A stretch of 64,000 nt of DNA, from positions 713,548 to 777,547 of the forward strand of contig CAKVHT010000001.1 of NCBI GenBank assembly GCA_934754375.1, written 5' to 3'. The DNA is from an uncultured Clostridia bacterium. GTDB lineage: Bacteria; Bacillota; Clostridia; Christensenellales; UBA1242. Shown here piece after piece: positions 44,509 through 55,131 of the stretch. Position 1 is the stretch's first letter; every line of letters starts with the position of its first letter. Position numbers and translations under genes: made by a program. The notes beneath the pieces are model-generated. The model saw nothing but the letters and a program-made list of their open reading frames with translations, was not told the origin of the DNA and made no database searches.

Positions 44509-45762
44509 TCAATCCAGTTTGTTTTTTCTTCGTTTTGTTTCATATATCATCATTGCAATCAAATTTGAAGCATACAGAATTGAAAACAATATCAACATAA
44601 TATCAAAAATAATTTGAGAATTAGAAAAACTTAACAAAACAACCAAAGCATAAGTTATCATGCGCACAAAACACAAAATAAATTCTATCACTGCTTGATG
44701 TTCACTTATGTCTTGATATAATCCCGCCTCTTTCAAATCTCTATTACGAATTATATCATAATGAACTTTAAACAATGTTCCTGATATTGCTGTGCAAAAG
44801 TTAAAGATTATAACTGTAGTTAAACTAGGCATGCAGACAAACAACACTACACCTATAATAGGAAACAGACTAAACAAAATATATAAACTGCTTCGGTGCC
44901 CTTCTTTTGTAAATCTTGAAAACAAAATAGCTGTAAGCACAACTGACACCCCCACAACACTTGTGATTGCACCAAGGCTCAAATTACTGCCACATTGCAA
45001 CATAATGCACACACTCATAAGAGTGGAAAGCACAGATGTTGTTCCGTAAATCATGCTAACCTTATAAACACTTTTAATTTTAAAATACATTGGTGGGTTT
45101 TGTTTTAAACGTTTGAAATAGTCAATCAAATCAAAATTGCTGTTTTCTGGTTTTTTTGCCTTAACAACAAACGACACGGCAATTTGAATGGCACAAATAA
45201 CCAAAACATAAATTGCAACTTGACTAAATGTTGAAATTTCAATCAAAGCGCCCATTGTGATTGGAAACACCACACTTACACTTTTTTGCAAAACAAATGT
45301 CAAAACAGCGAATTTGCTCATGCTGGTTCGGCTAACCATTTCTTGTTTTAACACATTATAACTTGACCAATACACACCTTTAGAAAAACCATCAAGCAAA
45401 CCAGCAAGCCAAATATATTGCGCTATCACCTCGCCGTAAAACACAGAGAAAACCACAACAAGTGTCCTTAACAGCAACGCCAGCCTATAAATCCAAATTC
45501 TGTTTGTTTTTGCAACCAAGAAACTAAAAATAAAATAGCCCAGCAACATGCAAGAATATGAAATCAATTCAAAGAGTCCAGCTTTAAAACAATAATTATA
45601 AGCACTTGTTGAAAATTGATATAAATGCGCAATAAGGAAAGTTGAAATAAACAGATCTATAACATTCGCAAAAGTGTGACAAAAAGCCAAACCACGGTTT
45701 GCATGTTTATCTTTCTGGCTGGTTTTTATATCATAATTATAACTCATAATGACATTATACAA
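44509..45762 (-). CDS. Multi-pass membrane transporter, MFS-like
   Basis: 417 aa with about 12 hydrophobic segments. No specific signature was recognised. Confidence 0.65.
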   Translation of the reverse strand: MYNVIMSYNYDIKTSQKDKHANRGLAFCHTFANVIDLFISTFLIAHLYQFSTSAYNYCFKAGLFELISYSCMLLGYFIFSFLVAKTNRIWIYRLALLLRTLVVVFSVFYGEVIAQYIWLAGLLDGFSKGVYWSSYNVLKQEMVSRTSMSKFAVLTFVLQKSVSVVFPITMGALIEISTFSQVAIYVLVICAIQIAVSFVVKAKKPENSNFDLIDYFKRLKQNPPMYFKIKSVYKVSMIYGTTSVLSTLMSVCIMLQCGSNLSLGAITSVVGVSVVLTAILFSRFTKEGHRSSLYILFSLFPIIGVVLFVCMPSLTTVIIFNFCTAISGTLFKVHYDIIRNRDLKEAGLYQDISEHQAVIEFILCFVRMITYALVVLLSFSNSQIIFDIMLILFSILYASNLIAMMIYETKRRKNKLD

Positions 45763-45881
45763 TAAAATCTAAAATAATAAAAATAAAATAAACAATCAAC
45801 ATTCAATTTTAAATTGCGCTTTATCAAAAATGGCTTTTATATATCAATTTGACAAAAAATTTGAAGATTAAAAAAATATAC

Positions 45882-45905
45882 AAAAAAAACCTCGCAAATG
45901 CGAGG
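45882..45905 (-). terminator. Intrinsic terminator about 345 nt downstream of tuf
   Basis: Minus strand: CCTCGC-attt-GCGAGG followed by TTTTTTTT. Confidence 0.8.
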
Positions 45906-46250
45906 TTCTTCTACAATTTATCTATAAATTATAATTGATAAACTGTTATTGAAAGATTTCACTGGCCGGTGAACTCTTTATGCTACAACATAAAATTATC
46001 ATTCGCTTGCCGTTTGGTAGCTAATCAAACTTGAAGCAGATGATCATAATTCAACATAATCAACCAATTTAAGTTCAATTAAATTTAATTTGATCAGGAT
46101 TAAATTTAACCACAACTTAAACTGAATTGAATACACTGAATTATACAATTTTAACCTTATAAAAGGATTTAATTAAATTTGTTTAGTTAAATTAATTAAC
46201 TAATTTGGTTATTCGTTATGATTAACCAATGATTTACACATCACCAAGGA

Positions 46251-47456
46251 TTAACCAAGAATTTCAGAAACAACGCCTGAACCAACTGTACGACCACCTT
46301 CACGGATAGCGAATCTCATACCTTTTTCAATAGCGATTGGGTGAATGAGTTCGATTTCCATTGTGATGTTATCGCCTGGCATAACCATTTCAACACCTTC
46401 TGGGAGTTTGATTGAACCAGTAATATCAGTTGTACGAACGTAGAATTGTGGACGGTAACCATTGAAGAATGGAGTATGACGACCACCTTCTTCTTTCTTC
46501 AAAACGTAAACTTCAGCTTTGAAGTGTGTGTGAGGTGTGATTGAACCTGGTTTAGCAAGAACTTGACCACGTTCAATTTCAGTACGTTGGATACCACGAA
46601 GCAACAAACCTGCGTTATCACCTGAACGAGCTTCGTCAAGTGATTTACGGAACATTTCAATACCTGTGATAACAACTTTACGTGTAGGTTTAATACCAAC
46701 CAATTCAACTTCTTCGTTGAGGTGGCAAACACCACGTTCTACTCTACCAGTAGCAACTGTACCACGACCTGTGATTGAGAATACATCTTCAACTGGCATC
46801 AAGAAAGGTTTATCTGTATCACGAACAGGGTCTGGAATGTAGTTATCAACAGCATCCATCAATTCACGAATGCAGTCGCAAGCTGGGTCATTAACGTTAC
46901 CAGCTGATGCAGCTTCCAAAGCTTTAAGAGCAGAACCCTTAATGATTGGAGTTGTATCGCCTGGGAAGCCGTATGAGCTCAACAAGTCACGAATTTCCAT
47001 TTCAACCAAGTCAAGGATTTCTGGATCGTCAACTTGATCAGTTTTGTTCATGAATACAACGATGTATGGAACACCTACTTGACGAGCAAGCAAGATGTGT
47101 TCTTTTGTTTGAGGCATTGGGCCGTCTGTAGCAGCAACAACGAGGATTGCGCCGTCCATTTGAGCAGCACCAGTGATCATGTTTTTAACATAGTCAGCGT
47201 GTCCTGGGCAGTCAACGTGAGCGTAGTGACGTTTTGCAGTTTCATACTCAATGTGTGATGTGTTAATTGTAATACCACGTGCTCTTTCTTCTGGAGTATT
47301 ATCAATACCAGCATAGTCTTTTTTGTCGGCATTGAAACCCATACCAGCAAGAGTTAAGTTAATAGCAGCGGTTAATGTAGTTTTACCATGGTCAACGTGG
47401 CCGATAGTACCAATGTTAACGTGTGGTTTAGTTCTATCAAATTTAGCTTTAGCCAT
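46251..47456 (-). CDS. tuf: Elongation factor Tu
   Basis: [32 protein letters not shown]... from the ATG at 47456, preceded by a GGAGAA SD. The track start at 47486 is upstream. Confidence 0.97.
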   Translation of the reverse strand: MAKAKFDRTKPHVNIGTIGHVDHGKTTLTAAINLTLAGMGFNADKKDYAGIDNTPEERARGITINTSHIEYETAKRHYAHVDCPGHADYVKNMITGAAQMDGAILVVAATDGPMPQTKEHILLARQVGVPYIVVFMNKTDQVDDPEILDLVEMEIRDLLSSYGFPGDTTPIIKGSALKALEAASAGNVNDPACDCIRELMDAVDNYIPDPVRDTDKPFLMPVEDVFSITGRGTVATGRVERGVCHLNEEVELVGIKPTRKVVITGIEMFRKSLDEARSGDNAGLLLRGIQRTEIERGQVLAKPGSITPHTHFKAEVYVLKKEEGGRHTPFFNGYRPQFYVRTTDITGSIKLPEGVEMVMPGDNITMEIELIHPIAIEKGMRFAIREGGRTVGSGVVSEILG

Positions 47457-47490
47457 TTTTAAGTTCTCCTTTTTAAATATAAACAACTAT

Positions 47491-47520
47491 ATTCTAGTTT
47501 AATTTGCCAACATAAGTCAA
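47491..47520 (-). promoter_or_regulatory. Possible internal promoter for tuf
   Basis: TTGACT (47520-47515), 18-nt spacer, TAGAAT (47496-47491), in the 160-nt fusA-tuf spacer. Confidence 0.4.
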
Positions 47521-47647
47521 GCAAATTTTAGTGGTTTTTTATTTTTGCAATCAAGTGGTATCAATTTTATTTAGCAGCAAATACCACTTGTTTACATCAA
47601 TAATATATTTTAAAACCCTACAATAATTTTAACTGTTTAATCAAAGA

Positions 47648-49729
47648 TTATTCAGCCAATTTTTTTCTATCGCCGATGATTTTATCAGCAATATTTTTTG
47701 GACATTCTGCATAGTGGTCAGGAACCATTGTGAATGTACCACGGCCTTGTGTTGAACCACGAAGGTCTGTTGAATAACCAAACATTTCACTCAATGGAAC
47801 TTCTGCGTGAATTACTTGGCTACCATATTTTGCTTCAGTGCCGGTAAGCACACCACGACGTGATGTCAAGCCACCCATAACTGAACCAAGATATTCATCT
47901 GGAGTTGTAACTTCAACTTTCATGATAGGTTCAAGCAAAACTGGGTCTGCTTTAGCCATAGCATCTTTAAATGCCATAGAACCAGCAATTTTGAACGCCA
48001 TTTCACTAGAGTCGACATCGTGGTAAGAACCACCCAACAAAGTAACTTTGAAGTCGATAGTTTCATAACCAGCAACAACACCTGCCTTTTTAGCTTCTTG
48101 AATACCTGCATCAATTGGTGGGATAAATTCTTTTGGAACTTCACCGCCAACAACTTTGTTTTCAAAGATGTAGCCTTTATCTCTTTCCAATGGTTCCATC
48201 AAAATCTTACAGTGACCATATTGACCACGACCACCAGATTGTTTGATGTATTTACCTTCAGCTTCAACAGCTTTACGGATAGTTTCTTTGTAAGCAACTT
48301 GTGGTTTACCAACGGTAACTTCAACACCAAATTCACGTTTCATACGGTCAACCAAAATATCAAGGTGCAATTCGCCCATACCAGCGATAATTGTTTGACC
48401 TGTTTGGTCATCAGTGTATGATTTGAAAGTTGGGTCTTCTTCCATCAATTTAGAGATAGCGATACCTAACTTTTCTTGTGCTTGCTTGTCTTTAGGTTCG
48501 ATTGCTTGTTGGATAACTGGTTTCATAAATTCCATTTCTTCCAACTTGATAGGATGATTTTCATCGCAAAGTGTATCACCTGTACCAGTGTTTTTCAAAC
48601 CAACAACTGCGCAGATGTCACCTGCCAAAACCTCATCAATATCAGTACGGTTATTTGCATGCATGTGAAGCAAACGACCAATACGTTCTTTCTTTTCTTT
48701 TGTTGCGTTCAAAACGTAACTACCAGCAGTTAATTTACCACTGTAAACACGGATAAATGTGATACGACCAACATAAGGGTCTGTTGCAATTTTGAATGCA
48801 AGTGCTGCAAATGGTTCATCATCGCTGTTGTTACGTGTAACTACTGTGCCATCTTCCAATGTACCTTTAATAGGTGGAACATCAATTGGGCTTGGCATAT
48901 AGTCAACAACTGCATCAAGCAATTCTTGAATACCTTTGTTTTTAGCAGCTGTTCCGCAAAGAACTGGGAACATTTTAAGAGAACATGTTGCCTTACGGAT
49001 ACCTTTCTTGATTTCATCAATAGTAAGTTCTTCACCCATGAAGAATTTATCCAATAATTCATCATCAGTTTCAGCAACAGATTCAATCATTTTTTGTCTG
49101 TATTCTTGACATTGAGCAAGCATATTAGCTGGAATTTCTTCTTCTCTAACATCTTTTCCAAGGTCATCATAGAATACATAGGCTTTCATTTTCACAAGGT
49201 CAACGATACCTTTGAATGTATCAGCTTCACCAATAGGAAGTTGAAGTGGAACAACATTTGCACCCAAAACGTCTTTCATTGATTTAACTGCTTTTAAGAA
49301 ATTAGCATCGTTGATATCCATTTTGTTTACGAAGCAAAGTCTTGGAACGTTAAACTTGCTTGCTTGACGCCAAACGTTTTCGCTTTGTGCTTGAACGCCC
49401 GCACGAGCACTGAACAATGCAACTGCGCCATCAAGAACTTTCAAACTACGTTCAACTTCAACTGTAAAGTCAACGTGTCCTGGAGTATCGATAATGTTGA
49501 TTGTGCAGTCTTGCCACTTACATGTGGTACAAGCAGATGTGATAGTGATACCACGTTCTTGTTCTTGTGCCATCCAGTCCATTGTTGCTTCACCATCGTG
49601 TACTTCACCAATTTTGTGGTTGATACCGGTGTAGAACAAAATACGTTCAGTGGTGGTTGTTTTACCAGTATCGATGTGTGCCATGATACCGATATTTCTA
49701 ATTTTTTGTAATGGTACTGTTCTTGCCAT
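47648..49729 (-). CDS. fusA: Elongation factor G
   Basis: [26 protein letters not shown]..., 693 aa, canonical EF-G. Confidence 0.97.
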   Translation of the reverse strand: MARTVPLQKIRNIGIMAHIDTGKTTTTERILFYTGINHKIGEVHDGEATMDWMAQEQERGITITSACTTCKWQDCTINIIDTPGHVDFTVEVERSLKVLDGAVALFSARAGVQAQSENVWRQASKFNVPRLCFVNKMDINDANFLKAVKSMKDVLGANVVPLQLPIGEADTFKGIVDLVKMKAYVFYDDLGKDVREEEIPANMLAQCQEYRQKMIESVAETDDELLDKFFMGEELTIDEIKKGIRKATCSLKMFPVLCGTAAKNKGIQELLDAVVDYMPSPIDVPPIKGTLEDGTVVTRNNSDDEPFAALAFKIATDPYVGRITFIRVYSGKLTAGSYVLNATKEKKERIGRLLHMHANNRTDIDEVLAGDICAVVGLKNTGTGDTLCDENHPIKLEEMEFMKPVIQQAIEPKDKQAQEKLGIAISKLMEEDPTFKSYTDDQTGQTIIAGMGELHLDILVDRMKREFGVEVTVGKPQVAYKETIRKAVEAEGKYIKQSGGRGQYGHCKILMEPLERDKGYIFENKVVGGEVPKEFIPPIDAGIQEAKKAGVVAGYETIDFKVTLLGGSYHDVDSSEMAFKIAGSMAFKDAMAKADPVLLEPIMKVEVTTPDEYLGSVMGGLTSRRGVLTGTEAKYGSQVIHAEVPLSEMFGYSTDLRGSTQGRGTFTMVPDHYAECPKNIADKIIGDRKKLAE

Positions 49730-49744
49730 CTAATCCCCCTTAAA

Positions 49745-50215
49745 TTACCAACGATAGTGAGCAAAAGCCTTATTTGCTTCAGCTTGTCTATGCATATCGT
49801 CACGTTTTCTGATTGCTCCACCAGCTTGGTTGTAAGCATCAGCAATTTCAGCACTTAATCTTGCGTCCATACCACGTTCGTTACGCTTTCTAGCAGCCAT
49901 AACCAACCAACGGATTGCAAGAGTTTGTTGTCTATCAGCGCTAACTTCCATAGGAACTTGATAGTTTGCACCACCAACACGTCTAACTTTTGTTTCAAGT
50001 TTTGGTTTAACGTTTTCAATAGCTTGGTTAAGCACAACCATTGGTTCTTCACCAATCTTTTCAGCGGAAGTTTTCATTGCACTATAAACGATTGATTGAG
50101 CAATACCTTTTTTACCATCTAACATAACTTGGTTAATAAGTTTTGAAACCAAAGCTGAATTGTACAATGGATCAGGTATCACGTCACGCTTTACAGCGGC
50201 ATTTCTTCTTGACAT
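49745..50215 (-). CDS. rpsG: 30S ribosomal protein S7
   Basis: MSRRNAAVKRDVIPDPLYNS...ANKAFAHYRW. Confidence 0.97.
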   Translation of the reverse strand: MSRRNAAVKRDVIPDPLYNSALVSKLINQVMLDGKKGIAQSIVYSAMKTSAEKIGEEPMVVLNQAIENVKPKLETKVRRVGGANYQVPMEVSADRQQTLAIRWLVMAARKRNERGMDARLSAEIADAYNQAGGAIRKRDDMHRQAEANKAFAHYRW

Positions 50216-50258
50216 ATATTTTCTCCTTATAAAATTTTATCAAACATAATTTGATTTT

Positions 50259-50951
50259 TTAGATTTCCAAACCAATATCATTAAGTAAATCGGCTTGTTC
50301 TTCTTTTGACATTTTTTGTATTTTTTGTCTAAACATAGCCACTGCTTTATCAACAGCAATTTCTTCTTCAGTTTTTTGCTTACCGATTATAAATTCACTG
50401 TGTGGTAAAGTTTCAATCCATTTGCAAAACTCTCTCCATTCAGGCAGGCGATGATTTTTGCGTTGATTATAAACTGTTTTTAATGCTCGATAGTTTGTTG
50501 TAAGCCTTGCAGTTAATTCAAATCCGCTTGGCAAATTATATAAAAGTTTAAGATATTTTTCTGCCTTATCTTCAGCATCTGCTGGGTCAGCATCAAGATA
50601 TTCTTGCTTGATTTCTTCAAGACGTCTCAAAATCAATTTATCAACATACTTATTGCATTGGCCTTCAAGTTTAAACTTACTTGCCCTGTGCATTGTTGAT
50701 TGACTTGACACAAAATAAACAAATCTATATCTCTCCAATTCAACCCACATTTTGTTTGAGCATCTTAAATCAAACGCAGCCAAACAGCCTGTAAGGAATT
50801 GGTCATGGCCCTCACCTCTTGGTGATTGAGCCAATTTTTCAACTGTTTCTGTAATAACTTCAGTTGGAATATCTGTGTCTATTGCCATTGGATATTTGCT
50901 GGCTTTTACACTTTCATTTATATCATAAGTTTTAACATTACTAACTTTCAT
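50259..50951 (-). CDS. Divergent ThyX (Thy1)-like fold protein inserted between rpsL and rpsG
   Basis: AAGAGG SD 6 nt before the ATG at 50951 (MKVSNVKTYD). EGHDQFL, ELERYRFVYFVSSQSTMH (compare the ThyX signature RHRxxxxxxxS, with His replaced by Tyr) and TNYRALKTVYNQRKNHRLPEWREF (compare NxRxL..LR...A..EIR). The similarity is judged by eye only. Confidence 0.55.
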   Translation of the reverse strand: MKVSNVKTYDINESVKASKYPMAIDTDIPTEVITETVEKLAQSPRGEGHDQFLTGCLAAFDLRCSNKMWVELERYRFVYFVSSQSTMHRASKFKLEGQCNKYVDKLILRRLEEIKQEYLDADPADAEDKAEKYLKLLYNLPSGFELTARLTTNYRALKTVYNQRKNHRLPEWREFCKWIETLPHSEFIIGKQKTEEEIAVDKAVAMFRQKIQKMSKEEQADLLNDIGLEI

Positions 50952-51100
50952 TTTATACCTCTTACTATTTAATTTTGCAATGTTATAGTATTTGGTACTC
51001 ACTAAAAACTAATGTGACTTTGTTTTAATTGACTTTATCATCTCAATCAAAAATTTATTTTACTAAATTTCATTGAGTGTACTAGATTTTATTTTAAAGC

Positions 51101-51472
51101 TTATTTAGGGCGTTTAGCACCGTATTTACTTCTACCTTGTTTACGTTTTTGAACAGCGGCAGTATCAAGTGCACCACGAACAACGTGATATCTTACACCT
51201 GGAAGGTCAGGAACACGACCACCACGAACCAATACAACATTGTGTTCTTGCAAGTTGTGGCCTTCGCCTGGGATATAACATGTTGTTTCTTTGCCATTAG
51301 ATAAACGTACACGACAGATTTTACGTAAAGCTGAGTTTGGTTTTTTAGGTGTTGTTGTTGTAACTGTTAAGCATACACCACGTTTTTGTGGGCATTCGTC
51401 CAAAAGGATTGATTGTGATTTAGCAGTTTGTTTAACACGACCCTTTCTTACCAATTGATTAACTGTAGGCAT
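51101..51472 (-). CDS. rpsL: 30S ribosomal protein S12
   Basis: [19 protein letters not shown]...[10 protein letters not shown]...[15 protein letters not shown]. Confidence 0.97.
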   Translation of the reverse strand: MPTVNQLVRKGRVKQTAKSQSILLDECPQKRGVCLTVTTTTPKKPNSALRKICRVRLSNGKETTCYIPGEGHNLQEHNVVLVRGGRVPDLPGVRYHVVRGALDTAAVQKRKQGRSKYGAKRPK

Positions 51473-51696
51473 TTTTCCTCCTTAAAAATTTGAAAAGTGG
51501 AAAGTTTTCCACATTTTTGTCACAAACTGTGACGATTTGTTTTGAATTTAAGCATGTTTCCAAAACAAGTTTGCATTGCCTAGCAATGCTTGGTTGATTT
51601 TAAACTAAAACCAACAAAAAGCAACCTCTTCCTAATGGCAAAGCAGCATTTTGCCATAGTTGAAAAGATTATACTAAATTATAGCCATAAAGTCAA
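51473..51696 (-). promoter_or_regulatory. rpsL promoter and ~190-nt structured leader
   Basis: TTGACT (51696-51691), 17-nt spacer, TATAAT (51673-51668). The leader holds several hairpins (ATGGCAAAatgctgcTTTGCCAT, GCATTGctagGCAATGC, GTCACagtttGTGAC, GTGGAAAacTTTCCAC). Confidence 0.6.
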
Positions 51697-52238
51697 TAGT
51701 TTTAGCAATTTAAACATCTAAATTTTAGTGAGTTTTTACTTAACATTTTTTAATTTATTTGTTTTAACATTGCATAAATATGCTAGCAAAAACCAATCAA
51801 AATTTCTATATTTTTTTAAGATAATAATTTTATTATTAATATAAACACAATTTATATCACAATGAAAAACTATTGTTATTTTTTATCTCTTGATCCGCAA
51901 AAGATGATGCTAAATAAAATAAACTTATCTCTATCACTGTTATTTATGAAAATTTCTTTTTTATTACAGTAAAAAATCAAAAAAACACAAAAAAAGGCCT
52001 GCCAGAACAAGCCTTTTGATTTTAAATTTTGTTTTAGCTTTTCGATTTGTCTTTTATCAAAGCAATGCTTAAACACTGTTAGTTGGTTTGTCTTTTGCGG
52101 TGATAATGCTTAAATGAAAAGTAAAATAATATTGAATGAAATAGGTTGATAAAAACACATTTGTTTTTAATTTAGCAAACTAGAACAATTCAACAATTTG
52201 ATATGTAATGATAAACATTACAAATAGCGAACATAGAA

Positions 52239-52748
52239 CTAGATAAGTTCAACGATTGCCATATCGGCATTGTCACCTTTACGAGTGCCAACTTTAAGGA
52301 TACGAGTGTAACCGCCACCTTGCCCTAATTCTTTAGCACGTGCTGCATATTTTGGAGCATATACATTGAAGATTTTTTCGCAAAGTGGATTTTTGATGTT
52401 GTCTATACGGGTAAGGTAATCAGCTTTCTTTTCGCCTGGTTTGCGTTCTTCCTTAACTGAATAAGTTTTTGCCATGATTTTTCTGCGTGCAGCAAGTTTT
52501 TTAGGGCCATCGTTCATAACTTCACGAGTAACCTTTTCACCTTTAGCATTAACAGTTGTTTTTGTGACAGTTGTAACATCATCATAAGAATTGATTGCAA
52601 GAGTCAACAATTTTTCAACATAACTTTTAAGAGATTTTGCACGAGCAACTGTTGTTTCGATTTTACCTTTCCAAAGCAAATCTGTTGCTTGATTGCGCAT
52701 GATAGCAAGTCTTTCTTCAGTAGGACGACCTAATTTAGCATTTGACAT
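52239..52748 (-). CDS. rplQ: 50S ribosomal protein L17 (long form with a ~50-aa internal insertion)
   Basis: KLGRPTEERLAIMRNQATDLL...GGGYTRILKVGTRKGDNADMAIVELI. 169 aa, versus about 120 in B. subtilis. Confidence 0.93.
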   Translation of the reverse strand: MSNAKLGRPTEERLAIMRNQATDLLWKGKIETTVARAKSLKSYVEKLLTLAINSYDDVTTVTKTTVNAKGEKVTREVMNDGPKKLAARRKIMAKTYSVKEERKPGEKKADYLTRIDNIKNPLCEKIFNVYAPKYAARAKELGQGGGYTRILKVGTRKGDNADMAIVELI

Positions 52749-52762
52749 ATTGTTTGTCCTCC

Positions 52763-53719
52763 TTAATAATTTTCATTGCCTTCAAGGACAATGCCAAGTG
52801 CGTCAAGTTTAGCAATAACTTCTTCCATAGATTTAGCACCCATGTTACGAACTTTCATCATTTCACCACGAGTCTTTTTAGCAAGATCACCGATAGTGTC
52901 AATACCAGCACGTTTCAAGCAGTTATAACTACGAACGCTCAATTCCATTTCCTCAATAGGTTTTTCGTACAATTTTGTTCTTTCGTCTTCTTTACGAGCA
53001 ACTAAAATATTCATTCCGTCCATACCTTCAACAAGTTCAACGAACATAGTTGCATAGTCGTTAAGAAGTTTTGCAGAAAGTGCAACAACTTCTTTTGCAC
53101 TAACTGTGCCACGTGTTTGAACGTCAAGCACAAGTTTATCATAGTCAAGGCTACGACCAACACGGCTTGATTGAACTTCAAAATTCACGCGTTTAACAGG
53201 AGTGAATAATGAATCGATAGCGATGTAATCCACTTCATCAGAATATTCTTTGTTTTGACTTGCAGGCACATAACCACGACCACGACCCACATACAATGTC
53301 ATTTGAAGGTCTGCGTCATCGTCAAGTGTGCAAATGTACAAATCAGGGTTTACAATTGAAATGCCTTCTTCACATTCAATATCTTTAGCATAAACAACTT
53401 TTGGACCTTTAACATTTAAAGTCATTTTGCCTTTAAAGTCTTCGTCTTTACTTTCAGTTTTAACAGCCAAAGATTTCAAATTCAAAACAATATCTGGAAC
53501 GTCTTCTGTAACGCCCTTGATTGTTGAAAATTCATGCAACACGCCTTTGATTTTGATACCAACAACTGCTGCACCTGGAAGAGAACTTAAAAGTGTTCTG
53601 CGCAACATATTGCCAATCGTAATGCCAAAACCTTTTTCCATAGGTTCTACTGTAATTATAGCATTTGCCCCATTGTCTGATTCTTCCAAAAGAATTTTTG
53701 GTTTTTCGATTTCCATCAT
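52763..53719 (-). CDS. rpoA: DNA-directed RNA polymerase subunit alpha
   Basis: GFGITIGNMLRRTLLSSLPGAAV... and a C-terminal ELSVRSYNCLKRAGIDTIGDL. Confidence 0.97.
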   Translation of the reverse strand: MMEIEKPKILLEESDNGANAIITVEPMEKGFGITIGNMLRRTLLSSLPGAAVVGIKIKGVLHEFSTIKGVTEDVPDIVLNLKSLAVKTESKDEDFKGKMTLNVKGPKVVYAKDIECEEGISIVNPDLYICTLDDDADLQMTLYVGRGRGYVPASQNKEYSDEVDYIAIDSLFTPVKRVNFEVQSSRVGRSLDYDKLVLDVQTRGTVSAKEVVALSAKLLNDYATMFVELVEGMDGMNILVARKEDERTKLYEKPIEEMELSVRSYNCLKRAGIDTIGDLAKKTRGEMMKVRNMGAKSMEEVIAKLDALGIVLEGNENY

Positions 53720-53733
53720 AATTATTTCTCCTA

Positions 53734-54351
53734 TTATCTTGAATAAAATTCGACAATCAAGTGTTCTTGAATGTTCAAGTCAATATCATCACGTTCTGGT
53801 AATGCCAAAACTTTACCTGTAAGGCTTTCCATATTAAATTCAAGCCATTTTGGTGTGTTGACTTTTGTTTCTTTCAAACCTTTGAACATATCAAGTTCTT
53901 GTTTGCTTTCTTTAACAGCAATCACGTCACCAACTTTAACTTGGTATGATGGGATATTAACCTTTTTACCATTAACAGTGATGTGACCATGGTTTACGAT
54001 TTGTCTAGCTTCGGCACGAGATGAACCCAAACCGCAACGATAAACCACATTGTCAAGCCTTAATTCAAGCATTTTAAGCAAAGCCCAACCTGTAGCTTCT
54101 TTGCTAGCAGCGGCCTTTTCATAACAAATTCTAAATTGTTTTTCAAGCAAGCCATAGTTACGTCTAACTTTATTCTTTTCACGCAATTGAACGCCATATT
54201 CACTGATTTTCTTTCTTGCTGTGCCGTGTTGTCCTGGAACAACTGGACGTTTGTCGAAAGAACATTTAGTTAAGCATCTTTCACCTTTCAAGAAAAGTTT
54301 GCAACCTTCCCTACGGCATTGTTTACAACTTGGACAAGTATTTTTTGCCAT
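53734..54351 (-). CDS. rpsD: 30S ribosomal protein S4
   Basis: CPSCKQCRREGCKLFLKGERC Cys-rich N-terminus and an S4 domain (RLDNVVYRCGL). 205 aa. Confidence 0.96.
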   Translation of the reverse strand: MAKNTCPSCKQCRREGCKLFLKGERCLTKCSFDKRPVVPGQHGTARKKISEYGVQLREKNKVRRNYGLLEKQFRICYEKAAASKEATGWALLKMLELRLDNVVYRCGLGSSRAEARQIVNHGHITVNGKKVNIPSYQVKVGDVIAVKESKQELDMFKGLKETKVNTPKWLEFNMESLTGKVLALPERDDIDLNIQEHLIVEFYSR

Positions 54352-54359
54352 ATTTCCTC

Positions 54360-54752
54360 CTATAACCTTCTAGCCTTAGGTGGTCTGCAACCATTGTGAG
54401 CGATTGGAGATACGTCTTTAATCATAGTAACTTGAAGACCAGCAGTTCCAACTGCACGGATAGCAGATTCACGAGCAACGCCCGCACCTTTGACATAAAT
54501 TGCAACTTTAGTGATACCAAAGTTAGCAACATCTTTCAAGCATGCTTCAACAGCATCTTGTGCTGCAAATGGAGTGGTCTTTTTTGCACCACGGTTACCA
54601 CGAGCACCTGCACTTGATTGAGCAAGAAGGTTGCCTTGGCAAGTTAAAGATACGATTGTGTTGTTTGGACCAGCCAAAATATGCACTTCACCTTCACCAT
54701 TAGGGGCTAAAAATTTCTTTTTCTTTACAACTTTTTTAGTAGTGTTAGCCAT
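54360..54752 (-). CDS. rpsK: 30S ribosomal protein S11
   Basis: ...GNRGAKKTTPFAAQ...IKDVSPIAHNGCRPPKARRL. Confidence 0.97.
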   Translation of the reverse strand: MANTTKKVVKKKKFLAPNGEGEVHILAGPNNTIVSLTCQGNLLAQSSAGARGNRGAKKTTPFAAQDAVEACLKDVANFGITKVAIYVKGAGVARESAIRAVGTAGLQVTMIKDVSPIAHNGCRPPKARRL

Positions 54753-54762
54753 TTATTCCTCC

Positions 54763-55131
54763 TTACTTTTTCTTGTTTGCTATTGTTTTTTTAGGACCTT
54801 TACATGTACGAGCATTTTGCTTGCTTGATTGACCACGAACAGGCAAATGAGCAATGTGACGAAGTCCACGATAGCATCTGATTTCTTTTAATCTTTTGAT
54901 GTCTAATGCAACATCTTTACGTTTTTCACCTTCAACGGTGTAATTTGCTTCAATATATTTACGAATTGCAGCAATATCGTTTTCGGTAAGATCTTTGACA
55001 CGAGTGTCAGGGTTAATCCCTGTTTCAGCCAAAATTTTGTTGGAAGTGGTTCTACCGATACCGTAGATATAAGTCAAACCAATTTCCACTCTTTTTTCAT
55101 TAGGTAAATCCACACCGGATATACGAGCCAT
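54763..55131 (-). CDS. rpsM: 30S ribosomal protein S13
   Basis: [26 protein letters not shown] from the ATG at 55131 with a GGAGG SD. The track start at 55185 is spurious. Confidence 0.96.
   Translation of the reverse strand: MARISGVDLPNEKRVEIGLTYIYGIGRTTSNKILAETGINPDTRVKDLTENDIAAIRKYIEANYTVEGEKRKDVALDIKRLKEIRCYRGLRHIAHLPVRGQSSKQNARTCKGPKKTIANKKK

Noticed and set aside
45906-46250. SRP RNA or 6S RNA in the tuf 3' region (GAAGCAG motif at about 46033)
   Set aside because: There is no GGAA tetraloop or symmetric-loop context for SRP domain IV, and no 6S-like central bubble was evident. It is left as an unexplained UTR in the findings.
51876-52076. 66-aa ORF in the rplQ-rpsL gap
   Set aside because: No SD. 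The translation is low-complexity Phe/Lys/Ile-rich and overlaps a terminator-like hairpin, so it is probably non-coding.
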